In this document: positions 1 to 11,473 of the stretch, in pieces | How positions within the stretch are numbered: position 1 is the stretch's first letter | Layout: every line of letters starts with the position of its first letter | Assembly: GCA_014905635.1 (NCBI GenBank) | Contig: JABVCE010000011.1 | Coordinates: forward strand, 248,001 to 312,000 | Source: Scenedesmus sp. PABB004 | Taxonomy: Eukaryota | Reading direction: 5' to 3' | Length of the DNA: 64,000 bases | Made by a program: the position numbers and the translations under genes | Notes under the pieces: generated by a model | What the model was told of the DNA's origin: nothing | Database searches by the model: none | Seen by the model: only the letters and a program-made list of their open reading frames with translations

Positions 1-419
1 GCGCATGTTGAAGCCGACCTGCGGCGCGCGCGGCGCAGGGCGGCGGTCGGCCGCTGCTGCCGCCGCCGCCGCCGCGCTGGCGCCCGCGTGGCCGCATGCG
101 CGCCGCCGCCGCCGTCGGCGGCACCGTGGGTATCATATCCTCGTGGAAGCTGCCCGTGGTGAGCACGTTGACCAGCGAGCTCTTGCCCGCGTTCTGCAGC
201 CCTATCAGCGACAGCTCCATCTCGCGCTTGAAGAACAGGCTGCCGGGCCGCGGTCGCGGCGGGCACCCACCGTGAGCGGACGCAGCGCGGGAGCGGCCAC
301 GCCCTGCCGCCGCGCCTCGGGAGGCCCCGCGCGGCCGGCCGGGCGCCGCGATGCGCGGCCCCGGCCCGCGCGTCGCACCTGCGCAGCCAGTCCAGTATCC
401 GGGCCCACCAGCCCGACAT
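1..419 (-). CDS. ARL8: Arf-like small GTPase ARL8 (5' part; runs off window start)
   Basis: Exons 419-379, 239-125 and 18-1, joined by GT-AG introns, give [58 protein letters not shown], which contains the ARL8 amphipathic helix, P-loop and switch I. Confidence 0.95.
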   Translation of the reverse strand, partial: MSGWWARILDWLRRCDARAGAAHRGARPAARGLPRRGGRAWPLPRCVRSRWVPAATAARQPVLQARDGAVADRAAERGQELAGQRAHHGQLPRGYDTHGAADGGGGAHAATRAPARRRRRQQRPTAALRRARRRSASTC

Positions 420-793
420 TCTGACTGCTGGGGCGCGACGGCGCGCGAGCGGGACGCGATGGGAGCTCGCGAGCTGCTGCTGCTGCTGGCAGCGGCGGCG
501 GGCGTGCGAGCTCGTGCGCTCGTGTCGCGCTGGCTGGAGGGGCGGAGGCCTCTGGTGTCTGGTGCGTGTGTGCCACGACCGGTGCAGCAGCTCGGCGGCG
601 CGGGGGCGACGAGCGTCACGCGCCAGGGTTCAGGGCCAGTGCAGCGCGGGCGGGGGGCGGCGCCGCGCGTGAGTTGCCGCCCCCGGGCCGCGCCGCCAAC
701 AGCCAACCTTGCTTGCAGGGAGGGACGAGGTGCACAACGCGGCCAGCCCGCCGCCGCCGGCGGTCAACCCAACCCCAGCGCACGGACGCGCGC

Positions 794-3700
794 TCAGCTC
801 GGCGCGCCAGCGTCGTCGCTGCGCCGCGCCCCTGTGGCGACGAGCGACCTTCGCGCCGCGGCGGCGGCGCGCGCGGCGTAGGGCCCGCCGCCGCCGCCCA
901 GCAGCACGGACGCGCGCGCGCCGCCGCCGGCGCCGCCGCTGAGGCTGAGCAGGGCCACAGAGCCCCGCGGCGCCACGGCGCTGCCGCCGCCGCCCCACCC
1001 GCTGCCGCCGCCGGCGCTCATGCTCGCGCGCGGCCGGGCGCGCGCGTCGCCGAACACGCTCGCGCGCGCGACGGCGGCGCCCGGCGCGGCGGCCGCGTCG
1101 CCGGCTGCCAGCGCGGCACGCAGCGCGTCCAGCTCCCTGCGCAGGCCAAAGTTGTCGGCGGCGAGCTGCTCCGCGGCGCGCTTGGACGCCTGCGCGGGCG
1201 CGGGCGGGTGAGCGCGTCGGCGGCGGCGCGTGCTGCCTCGGCACCGCGCCGGTCGACCAACGCCACGAGCGCAGGCAGCGCCGCCGCCCCGCGCGCGCCG
1301 CCGCGCCGCCGCCCGCGCCTGCGCGTCGGCGAGCGCCGCCGCGAGCTCCTCGGCCGCGCGCGCGGCGGCCTCGCGCGCGCGCCGCGCCTCGTCCACGAGG
1401 CGGCGCCGCAGGTCGGCGAGCTCGCTGTCGCGCTCGTCCGAGGCATAGTCCCAGCGGTCGCTGTCGCCCGGCGCGGCGCCGCCGTCGCGCTCGAGGCGGA
1501 TCGCGCGGTCGCGGCGCCGGTCCACGCGCGAGCGCACCTCGGCCAGCGCGGGCCGCGCGTCAAAGCCGCCGGCGTCCGGCCTGGCGCGCGGGGCGCGGGG
1601 CGCGGGGGGTGGGCGCGTGCGGTGCGCCGCCGCCAGCACGCGTGGCGCGCGCCCGGCGCGTGCGCCCCCGCCGCCGCCGCTCACTCGGGCTCGGGGGCCG
1701 GCGAACGCCGCGCGGCGCCGCCGCCCGCGCTGCTCTCCCGCGCGCGCGCCGGCCGCAGGCTGCCGGGCATGGTGGCCGGGCGCTGCGCGCGCGGCCCGAT
1801 CGGCGGCAGCGCGCCGCCGGACCACGACTTGGCCGACGCCGCCACCGCCGGCGGCGCCGGCGCGGCCGCGGCGGCCGCGGCTGGGTCGTAGCCAAGCAGC
1901 GCCCCGCCGCCGCCGCGCTGCTTGGCCTTGATGTCCCTGCACAGCGGCGGCGGCGGGCGCGGCGGCGGCGGCGCGCGGCGGCGGGGGTGGCGGCGGTGAG
2001 CTGCCCTGGGGACCGCCGGCCTGGGCCGGTCGCGGAGGCGGGGCCCTGGGGCACTGCCGCCGCCGCCGTAGGCTCCCACGCGCGAGCGCAAGGAGAGAGA
2101 CGCGGGCCAGCGCACCTGAAAAAGTATGAGATGAGGCCGAGGTCGGCGGGCGTGCCCACGTCGCGCGTGCTGCGCGGGTCGAGCTCCTCGCCCGTCTGCG
2201 CCCCGTGCGCGCGCGTCCAGCGCGCCTCGGCCGCGTCGGCCGAAGACACCTGCGTGCTGGCGCTCGGCGCGGCGCGGCGCGCCGCCTCCGCCGCCGCCGC
2301 GGCGTCCCGCATCGCGGCGAGCTGCCGCTGCGCGTCGCCGAGCGCCGCCGCAGACGTGGCCTGCACGTCCGCCAGCTGCGCCGCGGCCTGCTGCAGCGCC
2401 GCCTTGTCTGACGCCTGCTGCGCCGCCGCCTGCTGCAGCGCCGCCTGGCTCTGGGCGGCCTCGGCCGCCGCCGCCGCCTGCGCCGCCGCCAGCGCCGCAC
2501 CCTGCGCCGCGTGCCCGTCCTGCAGCGCAGCGTGCGCGGCGCGCAGCTCGTGCAGCTGCGCCTGCTCGGCTGCCAGCGTCGCGGCGAGCGCCGCCTGCTC
2601 GTCGCCGACGGCCGTCGCCGCTGCTGCCGCCGCCGCCAGGGCGGACTGCAGCTGCGCGTGCTCGGCCTGCAGCTGCGCCAGCTCTGCCGCCGCGCGCGCT
2701 GCCTCCGCACCGCTGCCGGCCTGCAGCCGGGCGTGCTCGCTGCGCAGCTCCTCCAACTCACCCGCCGCGCGCTCCAGCTGCGCCGCCCGCTCCCGCGCGT
2801 CACCGGCCGCCGCGGCAAGCTGTGCCTCGACCTGGGCCAGGCGGCCCTCGGCCGCCGCCTGCTGCGCCTCGGCCGCCGCTCCAGCTTCCAGCGCCGCCGC
2901 CAGCGCGGCCTGCAGCTCTGCGCCGCCGGCGCTCGCGGAGGACGCGGCGCTGCGTGCCGCCGCGAGCTCTGCCTGCGCGGCATGGAGGCTGGCCTCCGTC
3001 GCGGCCTGGCAGCCCCGCAGGTCGGCGAGCTCCTGCAGCGCGGCGCCGAGCGCTGCCTGGTCCGTCTGCGCCCACGCCGCCGCGTCGGCGAGGCGCTGCT
3101 GCAGCACGGCGATGACCAGTCGCTGCTGCTGCCAGCTGCGCAGCACGGCCGTTGCCTCGGCCAGCACCGCCTGCAGCCCCGCCATGTGCGCCAGCGCCGC
3201 CGCGCCGCAGCCGGGCAGGCTGGCACCCACGAAGCAGACGCCCGGGTCCGGCGCATGCGCGGGCGACACTGCAGCGGCAGCTGCCGCGGCGCCTGCTGCC
3301 GCCCCGCCCTGCCCAGGCGGCGCCATGGCGTCCACGGTGGCTGCCCCTGCAGCGCCCGAGACGCCAGCCGCCGCCGCCGCCTGCACGCCCGAGCGCGCCG
3401 AGGCCGCCGCCGCCAGGCCGGCAGCGGTGGGTGCGCCGCCCGACAGGCTCCACTCAGCGCCACCGTCGCAGCTGGCGCCGGGGGTGGCGGGCACGAAGGG
3501 CAGCTGCTGGGACCCGCCGAGCAGGCTCTTGCGCCGGGACGCGGCGCCCTGGGGCGTGGCTGCGTCGGAGCCCGCGTCCGAGCCCGCTCGCGGCAGCGAC
3601 AGGCTCGGCCGCCGCACGCAGCTGCGTTCGGCCGCCGACTCGGCGCCGCCGGCACAGCTGCGCGTGCCAGCGGCGCCGCCGTGCTGCCGTGGGTCGCCGC

Positions 3701-5403
3701 CGCCGGCGTCGGGCACCGCGACGCCCTGCGCTGCCAGCGCGTGCTCCAGCGCCTGCGCGTCGCCGCCCGCTGCCGCCGCCTGCGCGGCCAGCGCCTCGAT
3801 TGCCTCCAGCGCCGCGCTGGCCTCGCTGGCCCCTGCGGCAGTGTCGCCGCTGCCTGCGACGCCACGCCCGACCGCGCTCGCCAGCGCGCTGCCGAGCTGC
3901 GCCAGCCGCGCCGCCGCCGCCGCCGCCGCAGGCCCGCCCCCGTCAGCCGCCGCGGCGTCCGCGGCGGCCGCCGGCGCGCCATCCCACCGCGCCGCCTGCA
4001 GGCAGCGCACGAGGTGCGCCGCCGTGCCGAGCAGGCCCTGCCACGCGCCGAGCAGCGCCGCCTGGCTGGCGGCGTCCAGCGCCTCCACGTCCTCCGCCTC
4101 CTCGCCCGCTTCGCCCTCCCCTGCGCGCGCCGTGCCGCGCGGCCGGCCGCGTGAGAAAAGGCTCGCCGCGCAGCCGGCCGCGCGCCGCGCGCCGCCCGAG
4201 GCACGCGCTGCGCCGCCGCACCCTCGCGGATCGGCGCCAGCTGGCTGTGCCGCGCCGCGCCGCCGGCGGTCACCGCCGCCTGCAGCGACCTGAGCGCCGC
4301 CTTCTTGCGGCGCTGCAGCTCGCGCCGCCGCCGGCGGATGAGCTCTCTAAAGTAGCTGTCCAGCGGGTGCTCCGCCTGGGCCGCGCCGGTCTCGGGGCTC
4401 CTGCGCGCGCGGCGCCGGCCGGCCCGCCAGCGCTGGGGCGCCGCCGCGCGGCGCGGCGCGGCGCGGCGCGGCAGCTGCGGCCGCGCGGTCGCCGCCGGGC
4501 CGGCACCTGAAGTGCACCGCCGGCCCGCCCGGCGCGTCCTCGCGCAGCTCCTCCGCCCAGCCGGGCGGCAGCGGCGCGCACAGCGCCATCTCCGCCACCT
4601 GCGGCGCGGCGCGGCACGGTGCAGGCGCGCGCCCTGGGCCCTGCCGCGCGGCCGCTGGCTGCCGGCCGCCGGTTTGAACGCGAGCGCTGTGCGTCCGCCC
4701 ACCTGCCAGATGTAGGGGTCCTCGTCCGGCTTGATCGCCAGATAGAGCCCCATCTGCTGCACCTGCGGCGGCGGTCGGAGCGGCCGGACCGTGCGCGCTG
4801 TGGTCGCCCGCGCGGCGGCGCGCGGCACGGCGCCGCGCGGCGGCGCGCGGCACGGCGCCGGCGGCCGGCACTGACCTCGTCGGGCGACGGCGGGCGCTCG
4901 GCGGCGTGCGCCTTGATCGCCGCGTAGCCGCCGCAGTCCATGAACATCGCGCCGCGGTAGTACTCGTGCACCGGGTGCCGCGCGTGCGCCGCGCCGCCGC
5001 GGTCGGTGAACGTCCTGCGAGCCCCGCAGCCGCCGCGGCGGTGGGCCGCGCGCGGACGGGTGGACGCAAGCGCGCGCGCGCGAGGCCAGGGGCGGCGCGC
5101 GCACCAGCGGCCGGCCGCGGCGTCGAACTCGGCGCGCCAGCCGCGCGGCAGGCTCTCCGGGCGCAGCAGGTCGTCCACCAACTTCATCCAGCGCGCATTA
5201 GACTGGGTCGGGGGGCGGGGGCAACGCGGCGGGCCGGGCGGCGGGCTGGGCGCGCGCGCTGCGGCGGGCGGCGAGGCGCGCGCGCAGGCGCGCTCGGCCC
5301 GCCACCGCCGTGGCCGCACCGGGTCCACGCCCAGCAGCCGAGCGGCCGCGGCCACCTCTGGCGGCAAGGCCTGCCCGCCCGGCGCCGGCGGCAGCGGCGC
5401 CAT
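794..5403 (-). CDS. CEP164-like protein: two tandem WW-containing modules followed by a long Ala/Gln coiled coil
   Basis: Spliced N-terminus reads ...ARLLGVDP/SNARWMKLVDDLLRPESLPRGW...HARHPVHEYYR, then EVQQMGLYLAIKPDEDPYIWQVAEMALCAPLPPGW...AEHPLDSYFRELI, resembling the CEP164 N-terminal WW region. The large exon (~2117-4100) is heptad-rich. About 9 introns; some internal junctions are uncertain. Confidence 0.6.
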
Positions 5404-5732
5404 GTTGGCCGCTGCTCCGCCGCGCCACGCCTGCGCCTGGGGCGCGGCCAACGACACGCCCAGCCGCGGATTCAGCCAACCACAGCTCAGCGCCGCCTCT
5501 GCATGGCTCCCGGCCCGGCGCCGCCGCCGCTGACCGCCGCGCCGAGAGCGGACGCGGGGACCGGGCACGGCCTACGCAGTGGTGCGCCTGGGGCGGGAGG
5601 CTACGAACGAAGCAAAGCTGGCGGCGGCGGCGGCGGTCGGAGCTCAAACCGCGGACAGCGGGCGCCGACGCTGGGGGCGGCTACAGGCGGGCCCCCACAC
5701 AACAGGCTGCCTTGCCTCAACTCGCGATGCCG

Positions 5733-6224
5733 TCAGCCGACCATCGCGTCGTCGCCGTCGCCGTCGCCGTCGCCGCCGCCGCCGCCGCCCGCGAGGCGCG
5801 GGCACCACGCCGCGAGGTGCGCGTCGCGCCGCTGCGCCAGCACGACGCCGCCGCAGTCGGGGCACGCCCAGCTGGAGCCGTCGGCGAGGGCCAAGCTTGG
5901 GAACTCGCCGCGCCCCGTCTCCTGCGGCCGGCGGCGCGCCGTGCCCGCGCGTGGGCGGCGCGCGCGGGCGCGGCGGCGCGCGGCGCAGCGCGCCGCACTC
6001 ACGTCCAGGATGGCCGCGCCTGCGCCCGCCTGCCGCTGCTGCTGCTGCAGCTGCTCCGCTCGCTGCTCCTCTGCTCGCTGCTCCTCTGCTCGCCGCTGCT
6101 CTCGCTGCTGCGCCGGCGGTTGCGGGCCTCGCTGCTGCGCGCCCTGCGCGGCGGCGGCGGGCGCGGGCGTCGGCGCAGCGCCTGCGCAGCGCCGCGCCGC
6201 AGCGCGTGCGGCCGCGCCCCCGCA

Positions 6225-6280
<56 letters not shown>

Positions 6281-6629
6281 GCCGCCTCCAGCGACACCGC
6301 CGAGAGCAGCGCCGAGATCTCGTCCACCGGCGCGGCGCGCTGCGCGTGGTACGCCGCCGCCGCGCCCCGCAGCGTGGGCAGCACGCCGGCGTCGCCGCGC
6401 ACGAGCTGCAGCGCCGCGACCACGTGCTGCGGGCGGCGCGGCGGCGGGTGCCGCGTCGGCGGCCACGCTCGGCCGGCCGGCCGAGCGGCGCGGCGCGCCG
6501 GCGGCGGCTGGGCGCGCGCGCCTGCAGCGCCTGCGCCGCGTTGCCCGCCGCCAGCGCGGCGCGCGCCGCCGCCAGCAGCGCCTCCACGTCGGCCGGGCCG
6601 CCGCCCGGCGGCGGCGCCGGCGGGTGCAT
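5733..6629 (-). CDS. Conserved plant/algal protein with C-terminal C2HC zinc finger and polyQ tract
   Basis: Spliced: MHPPAPPPGGGPADVEALL...AQALQ/HVVAALQL...VDEISALLSAVSLEAAQ(n).../AILD/ETGRGEFPSLALADGSSWACPDCGGVVLAQRRDAHLAAWC (CxxC...H...C). The first intron, 6427-6521, is GC-AG. Confidence 0.75.
6226..6279. repeat. (CTG/CAG)n microsatellite encoding polyglutamine
   Basis: About 18 consecutive CTG triplets on the + strand. Confidence 0.9.
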
Positions 6630-7111
6630 GCGCGCGAGAGAGAGCGAGCGAGCGGCGGCGCGCTGCCTGCGCGCGAGCGCTGCTGCCGCTGCGCGTCGCC
6701 GCCGGCAACTGAGGCTGGCACCTGGGGCTGGTGGTGGGGGGGGGGGCGGTGGTCTGGAGGACGCCTGGCGCGGCTAGACTGCTGCTGCTGCGTCTGCTCC
6801 GCTCCCGCGCCTGCTGCTCTCCCGCGCCTTGGCCCCATCAGTCTGCCCTCGACGCCAGGCAGCCAGACAGACCGCGCGCGAGGTAGCCAGCCCAGGCAGC
6901 GCCGGCAGCCCCCCGGGCAGCAGCGCCAGCCCGCGTCGCGCCGGCAGGGCGCCCCCACGCGCGCCGCGGCGGGCCGTGCATGCCAGCGGCGCGCCCAGCG
7001 CAGGGACGCCAGCCCGCGAGCCGCCGGCTGCGCAGCGGCAGCGGCGGCAGCAGCAGCAGCGCGGCGGCGTGCGCCCTCCTGCTCCTTGCGGCGGCCCTGC
7101 AGCCCGGCGCC

Positions 7112-7566
7112 ATGGCGGCCCTGGCCACGAGCGGCGCGCCGATCGCGGTCGGCGCGCAGCTGGAGGCGGCGCTCGCGCCGCTCGACGCCGGCCTGGTGCG
7201 CCGCCGGCCGCCGCTGCCGCCTGCGGCCGCCGCGGCCGGCTGCTAATGCCGCGACCGCCCGCGCAGGCCAGCGTGGTGCGCGCCATCGCAGCCTCGGTGG
7301 TGGACATTTCGGTGGGCCCCGCCGCGGGCGGCGGCGGCGGGGCAGCGGGTCGTCGGCGCCAGCAGCAGCCGCAGCAGGGGCAGCCGCCCGCGCTGACCGC
7401 CCCGCCGCCGCCGCGCCGACGCAGACGTCGCTGCGCACGATGGAGTTTGACGACGGCGCCGCCGGCAGCACCAACAGCTTCGGCGACGACCAGCTGCAGG
7501 CGCGCGCACGGCGCGCCGCCCGCGCAACCGCCGCCGCGCCCGGCCGCCTGCTGGCGGGGGGCCGGT

Positions 7567-7645
<79 letters not shown>

Positions 7646-8957
7646 TGCCACCACCAACGCGTCGCCGCCGCCGCCGCCGGTCGCCGCCCGGTCGCCGCCG
7701 CCCGGTCGCCGCGCAGGCAGACATCCACGCCGACGAGGCGATCTTTGCCCGCCTGCGCGCCTGCCCCGCGGTCGCGTCGGCGAGCAGCGAGGAGCAGAGC
7801 GACGTGCTGCCAATGAACCCGGGCGGCGCGTTCACGGTCGCGTTTGACCCCCTCGACGGCAGCAGCATCTTTGACGCAAACTTTGCGGTCGGGTCCATCT
7901 TTGGCGTCTGGCGCGGCGACACCCCGCTCGGCCAGACCGGGCGCGGCCAGGCCGCGGCGGCGTACTCCGTGTACGGCCCGCGCACGCTGCTGGTGCTCGC
8001 GCTGCCCGCCGCCGGCGGCGGCGGCGGCGGCGCGGCGGCGGCGGCGGCGGGCGAGGCGGAGGCCGGCGCGGGCGCGGGCGAGCAGCAGCAGCAGCAGGCG
8101 CAGCAGGGGCAGCAGCAGGGGCAGCAGCAGGGGCAGCAGGCGCAGCAGGCACAGGCGCAGCGGCAGGATCGGCAGCAAGAGCAGGGGGCGTGCAGCAGCG
8201 GCGCCGACCCGGCGCAGGCGTTTGACGTGCTCGAGTTTGCGCTCTGCAGTGTGCGGCAGGTTTGGCAGCTGCGCCGAGTGCACACGCGGCTGGGCAGCAA
8301 GAACAACGTCGCGCCTGCCAACATCCGCGCCGCGGCGGGCAACGAAGCGTACGCCCGCCTGCTCAACGCCTGGATCACGGGCGGCTGCAAGCTGCGCTAC
8401 AGCGGCGGCATGGTGCCGGACGTGCACCACCTCCTCGCCAAGGCGAGCCGCGGCAGCGAGCGCGGCGGCGGCCGGCAGCCGCGGGCGCCGGCGGCATGCG
8501 GCGCGCGCGCGCGGCAGCGGCGGGCGCGGCGAGCGACCCGGCCGCGGCCCACGCCGCCGCCGCGCCCCGCCCGCGCCCCGCCCGCGCCGCGCGCCGCAGG
8601 GCGGCGGCGTCTTCTGCAACCCCAAGTCGCCCGCCGCGCCCGCCAAGCTGCGCCTGCTGTACGAGTGCGCGCCGCTGGCGCTCATCATCGAGGTGCGCAC
8701 CGCGAGCCCGCGGCAGCGACACGGCCGCAGCGCCGCGCGCCCGCGGCCGCCGCGCACGCGCGCGCGGCCCAGCGCGCCCCAGCCGACAGTGCTGCGGCCC
8801 TCGCCCGCGCCGCGCGCAGGCCGCCGGCGGCGTGTCGCACGACGGCGCGGGCTCCATGCTGGACGTGCGCATCGGCGACACGGGCGCGCGGAGCATCATC
8901 GCCCTCGGCTCGCGGCCCCAGGTGGAGGCGTGCCTCGAGGCGATGCGCGGCGGCTGA
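7112..8957 (+). CDS. Sedoheptulose-1,7-bisphosphatase-like enzyme (class 1 FBPase family)
   Basis: Spliced motifs NSFGDDQLQ/ADIHAD, ASSEE, VAFDPLDGSSIFDANFAVGSIFGVW, YGPRT, LRYSGGMVPDV, GGGVF.NP..PAKLRLLYECAPLALIIE/AAGG. An in-frame upstream ATG lies at 6980. GC-AG introns at 7500-7716 and 8443-8599. Confidence 0.9.
7568..7645. repeat. (GCC)n microsatellite in SBPase-like intron
   Basis: About 25 perfect GCC units. Confidence 0.9.
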
Positions 8958-9360
8958 GCGCGCCGGCTCGGTGCGCGGGGGAGCTCGGCATCCAGGGAGC
9001 TAGCGACGCGTGCCGGGGCGCGAGGCAGAGGGCGGGCTTGATATCGGGTCGCGCGCTGCGGCCGCGCGGGTGGCCCCGGCGGGCGGCGGCAGCGCGTGTG
9101 TGCCCCGAGCGGCGGCGGCAACCGCCCGGCCGCCGCACCGCCCTCAGCTCACAGCACCAGAGCCGGACCACCACTGCGCAGCCCCGCCGGGGTCTGGCGC
9201 TTCTAGGTCGCTGCCGCCGTTGCCGCCGCCCAGGCCGCGCCCTCCGCGCCGCCCCGCACACAGCCCGCCCGCGCCCCCGTGCCGCGGTCCCGCTTCATCC
9301 CGCCACCGCACCGCCGCTCGCCCTCCCGCGGCCCCAGCGCGCCGCCGCGGCGCCGCGCAG

Positions 9361-11173
9361 ATGGCGTGCCCGCTGCTCGCGGTGCTGGCGGCGCTGAACG
9401 ACGATGCCTGGTCGCAGGTGCTCGCGCCCAAGCTGCTGGAGGACGGGGGCAGCGCCAGGGCCTTCGCTCTGGCCTGCAGGGAGGCGCGGCGCCTGGTGCG
9501 TGGCGGCGATCATGCCGCGCGACGTCCGGCCCCTGCCCGGGCGCCGCGTTGACGACCACCGGCGCTGGCTGTCCACGCTGCACGAGCGCTTCGGCGCCTG
9601 CAGCCGCGTGAGCTTCACAATCGCCAGCTCTGACGACGCGGCGCTGCACCTGCCCGCGCTGCTGCCAGCGCTCGCAAGGTGGGCGCGGGCGCGGCGGCTG
9701 CGGCGCGCGGCGCGGCGCGGTCGTCTGCGATGCGTGCGGCCCTGCAGCAGTCGGCGTGCCTGCCCGCACCCGGGAGGGGCCGGGAGTGCCGCTGATGACC
9801 GCCACCGCTGCCCGCCGCCGCCGGCCGCCCGCAGGCTGCCGCGGCTGGACACGCTGCGCCTGGAGGCAGCAAACGGCCAACTCAGCTCGCCTGAGAGCAT
9901 GGCGCCACTGCTCTGGGCGGTGGGTGGCGAGCTGCCGGGACTGCGGGCGCTGGAGCTCAAGCCAGTGGGCGGAAGCTGGGAGGGCAGCGACGCGGCGTGG
10001 CGCGCGATCGGCCGCGGCGCGACGCAGCTGACGCGGCTGGCTGTGGAGTTTGATGGCATGCAATGCCTCATGCTGGAGCACCTCTCGTCGCTGTCCGCCC
10101 TAAGCGCCCTGGCGAGCCTGTCGCTGGCCGAGTGCCTCGCGGCCGGCGGCCAGCAGTAGTACGGCTGGCTCGGCCGCCTGGCGCCGTCGCTCACGCACCT
10201 CGAGCTGCCCCTGGCCCGTGACCGCGCCGGTCTGGCCGCCGTCGCCGCTTGCACTGGGCTGCGGAGCCTGGCGCTCTGTGGTTGCAGAGATGGTTACATT
10301 GATGGTTACAACCAGGCAAGTTTGAGCGCGGCCGAGTGTGGCGCGCTGTCGCACCTGGTCGCGCCGACGCGGCTGGACCTTCTGTGCGTTGAGCAAGGCT
10401 CCGACCCGGCCCTGCTGGAGGCGGCGGCGGCGCTGCCGCTGCTCGCCGATCTGTGCGTCGGCGTCATGTCGCGCGCCGCGCTGCCGTGCCTGGCGCGCAT
10501 GACCGCCCTGACCAAGCTGAAGGGCTCGTGGACGTGGGACGGCGACGCGGCGGCGGGCCTCGTCCCGGCGGCGTGCCCGTCGGTGGTGGAGCTAGCGGCC
10601 CGGGGCGACGTGCCGTGGGCGGCGTTCCCGGGGCTGCGTGGGGCACACTTTTTGTCCTTGAATTTTGATGTGCGCAGCCTGCAGGCGCTGACGCAGCGCT
10701 GCACTGCGCTGATTTCGCTGCGCTTTGACCACGTGTCTGGCGACAGTGCCAAGTGCACGGCGGCGCTGCGCGGCCTGGCCCGCCTGCCCGCGCTGCGCGA
10801 GCTGGGGCTCAGCGTTGGCTATGGCAAAGAGGCCGCAGCGCTGTGGGACGTGACCCAGCTCACGCGCCTGGAGCTCGGGGTGTGCCAATTTGAAGACAAG
10901 ACTCGCTCGTTTCACGTGAAGCCATCTGACCTCGCCCTGCTGGGGCACAGCATGCCTGCGCTGCGCGAGCTGACAATGACCTGGCTGAGCAGCGCCGCCC
11001 TGTCGCTGGCCGACGGGGCGATGCTGCTCAGGGCGCTGGCGCACGTCCCGCGCGTCACGCTGCGCGTGAGCGGCGCCGAGGCGGCGGCGCTGCGTGCGGC
11101 GCTGGCGCGCAGCGATGCGCGCGGTTGGCCTCGCCCCGAGGAGCTCGTCCTGCCGCTCTTTGTCGAAGAGTGA
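9361..11173 (+). pseudogene. LRR (RNI/F-box-LRR-like) family copy 1, disabled
   Basis: Starts MACPLLAVLAALNDDAWSQVLAPK; intron 9679-9834; repeated LxxLxL motifs. Relative to the copies at 48205/54237 it lacks 8 nt (ACGGCAGC) at ~9499, causing a frameshift, and has TAG at 10157-10159 where paralogues have TCG/TCC/TGC. Confidence 0.8.
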
Positions 11174-11473
11174 TGCCGAGGCGTGCCCGTGCGTCAGGCC
11201 TTGCGGAGCTGGGGTGCGGCGCCGGCCGTGCCTGGTTGGTGCGCCGCTTGGTGTTGGGCGGCTGAGGCGGCCGCGCGGACGTTGGCCTCGGCGCCGTCGG
11301 ATCAGAGTCAACAGTGCAACCGCCCCCCTGGTTGCCTGCCTGCCTCCCCAGCTGTGGGCCGCGCCGCCGATTGCCCCGGCCTGCCTGTGCATTCGCCCCC
11401 GCGCGCGCGGGCCAAGAGATGCGATGCCCGCCCTCCGCCCTCCGCCCCCCCCCCCAGAAACAGCCCCGCCCGC

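Noticed and set aside
10157..10159. In-frame TAG as evidence of stop-codon reassignment
   Set aside because: TAG terminates other genes here (AP2 at 21012, GT69 at 37325, LRR copy 4 at 62412), and this copy also has an 8-nt deletion.
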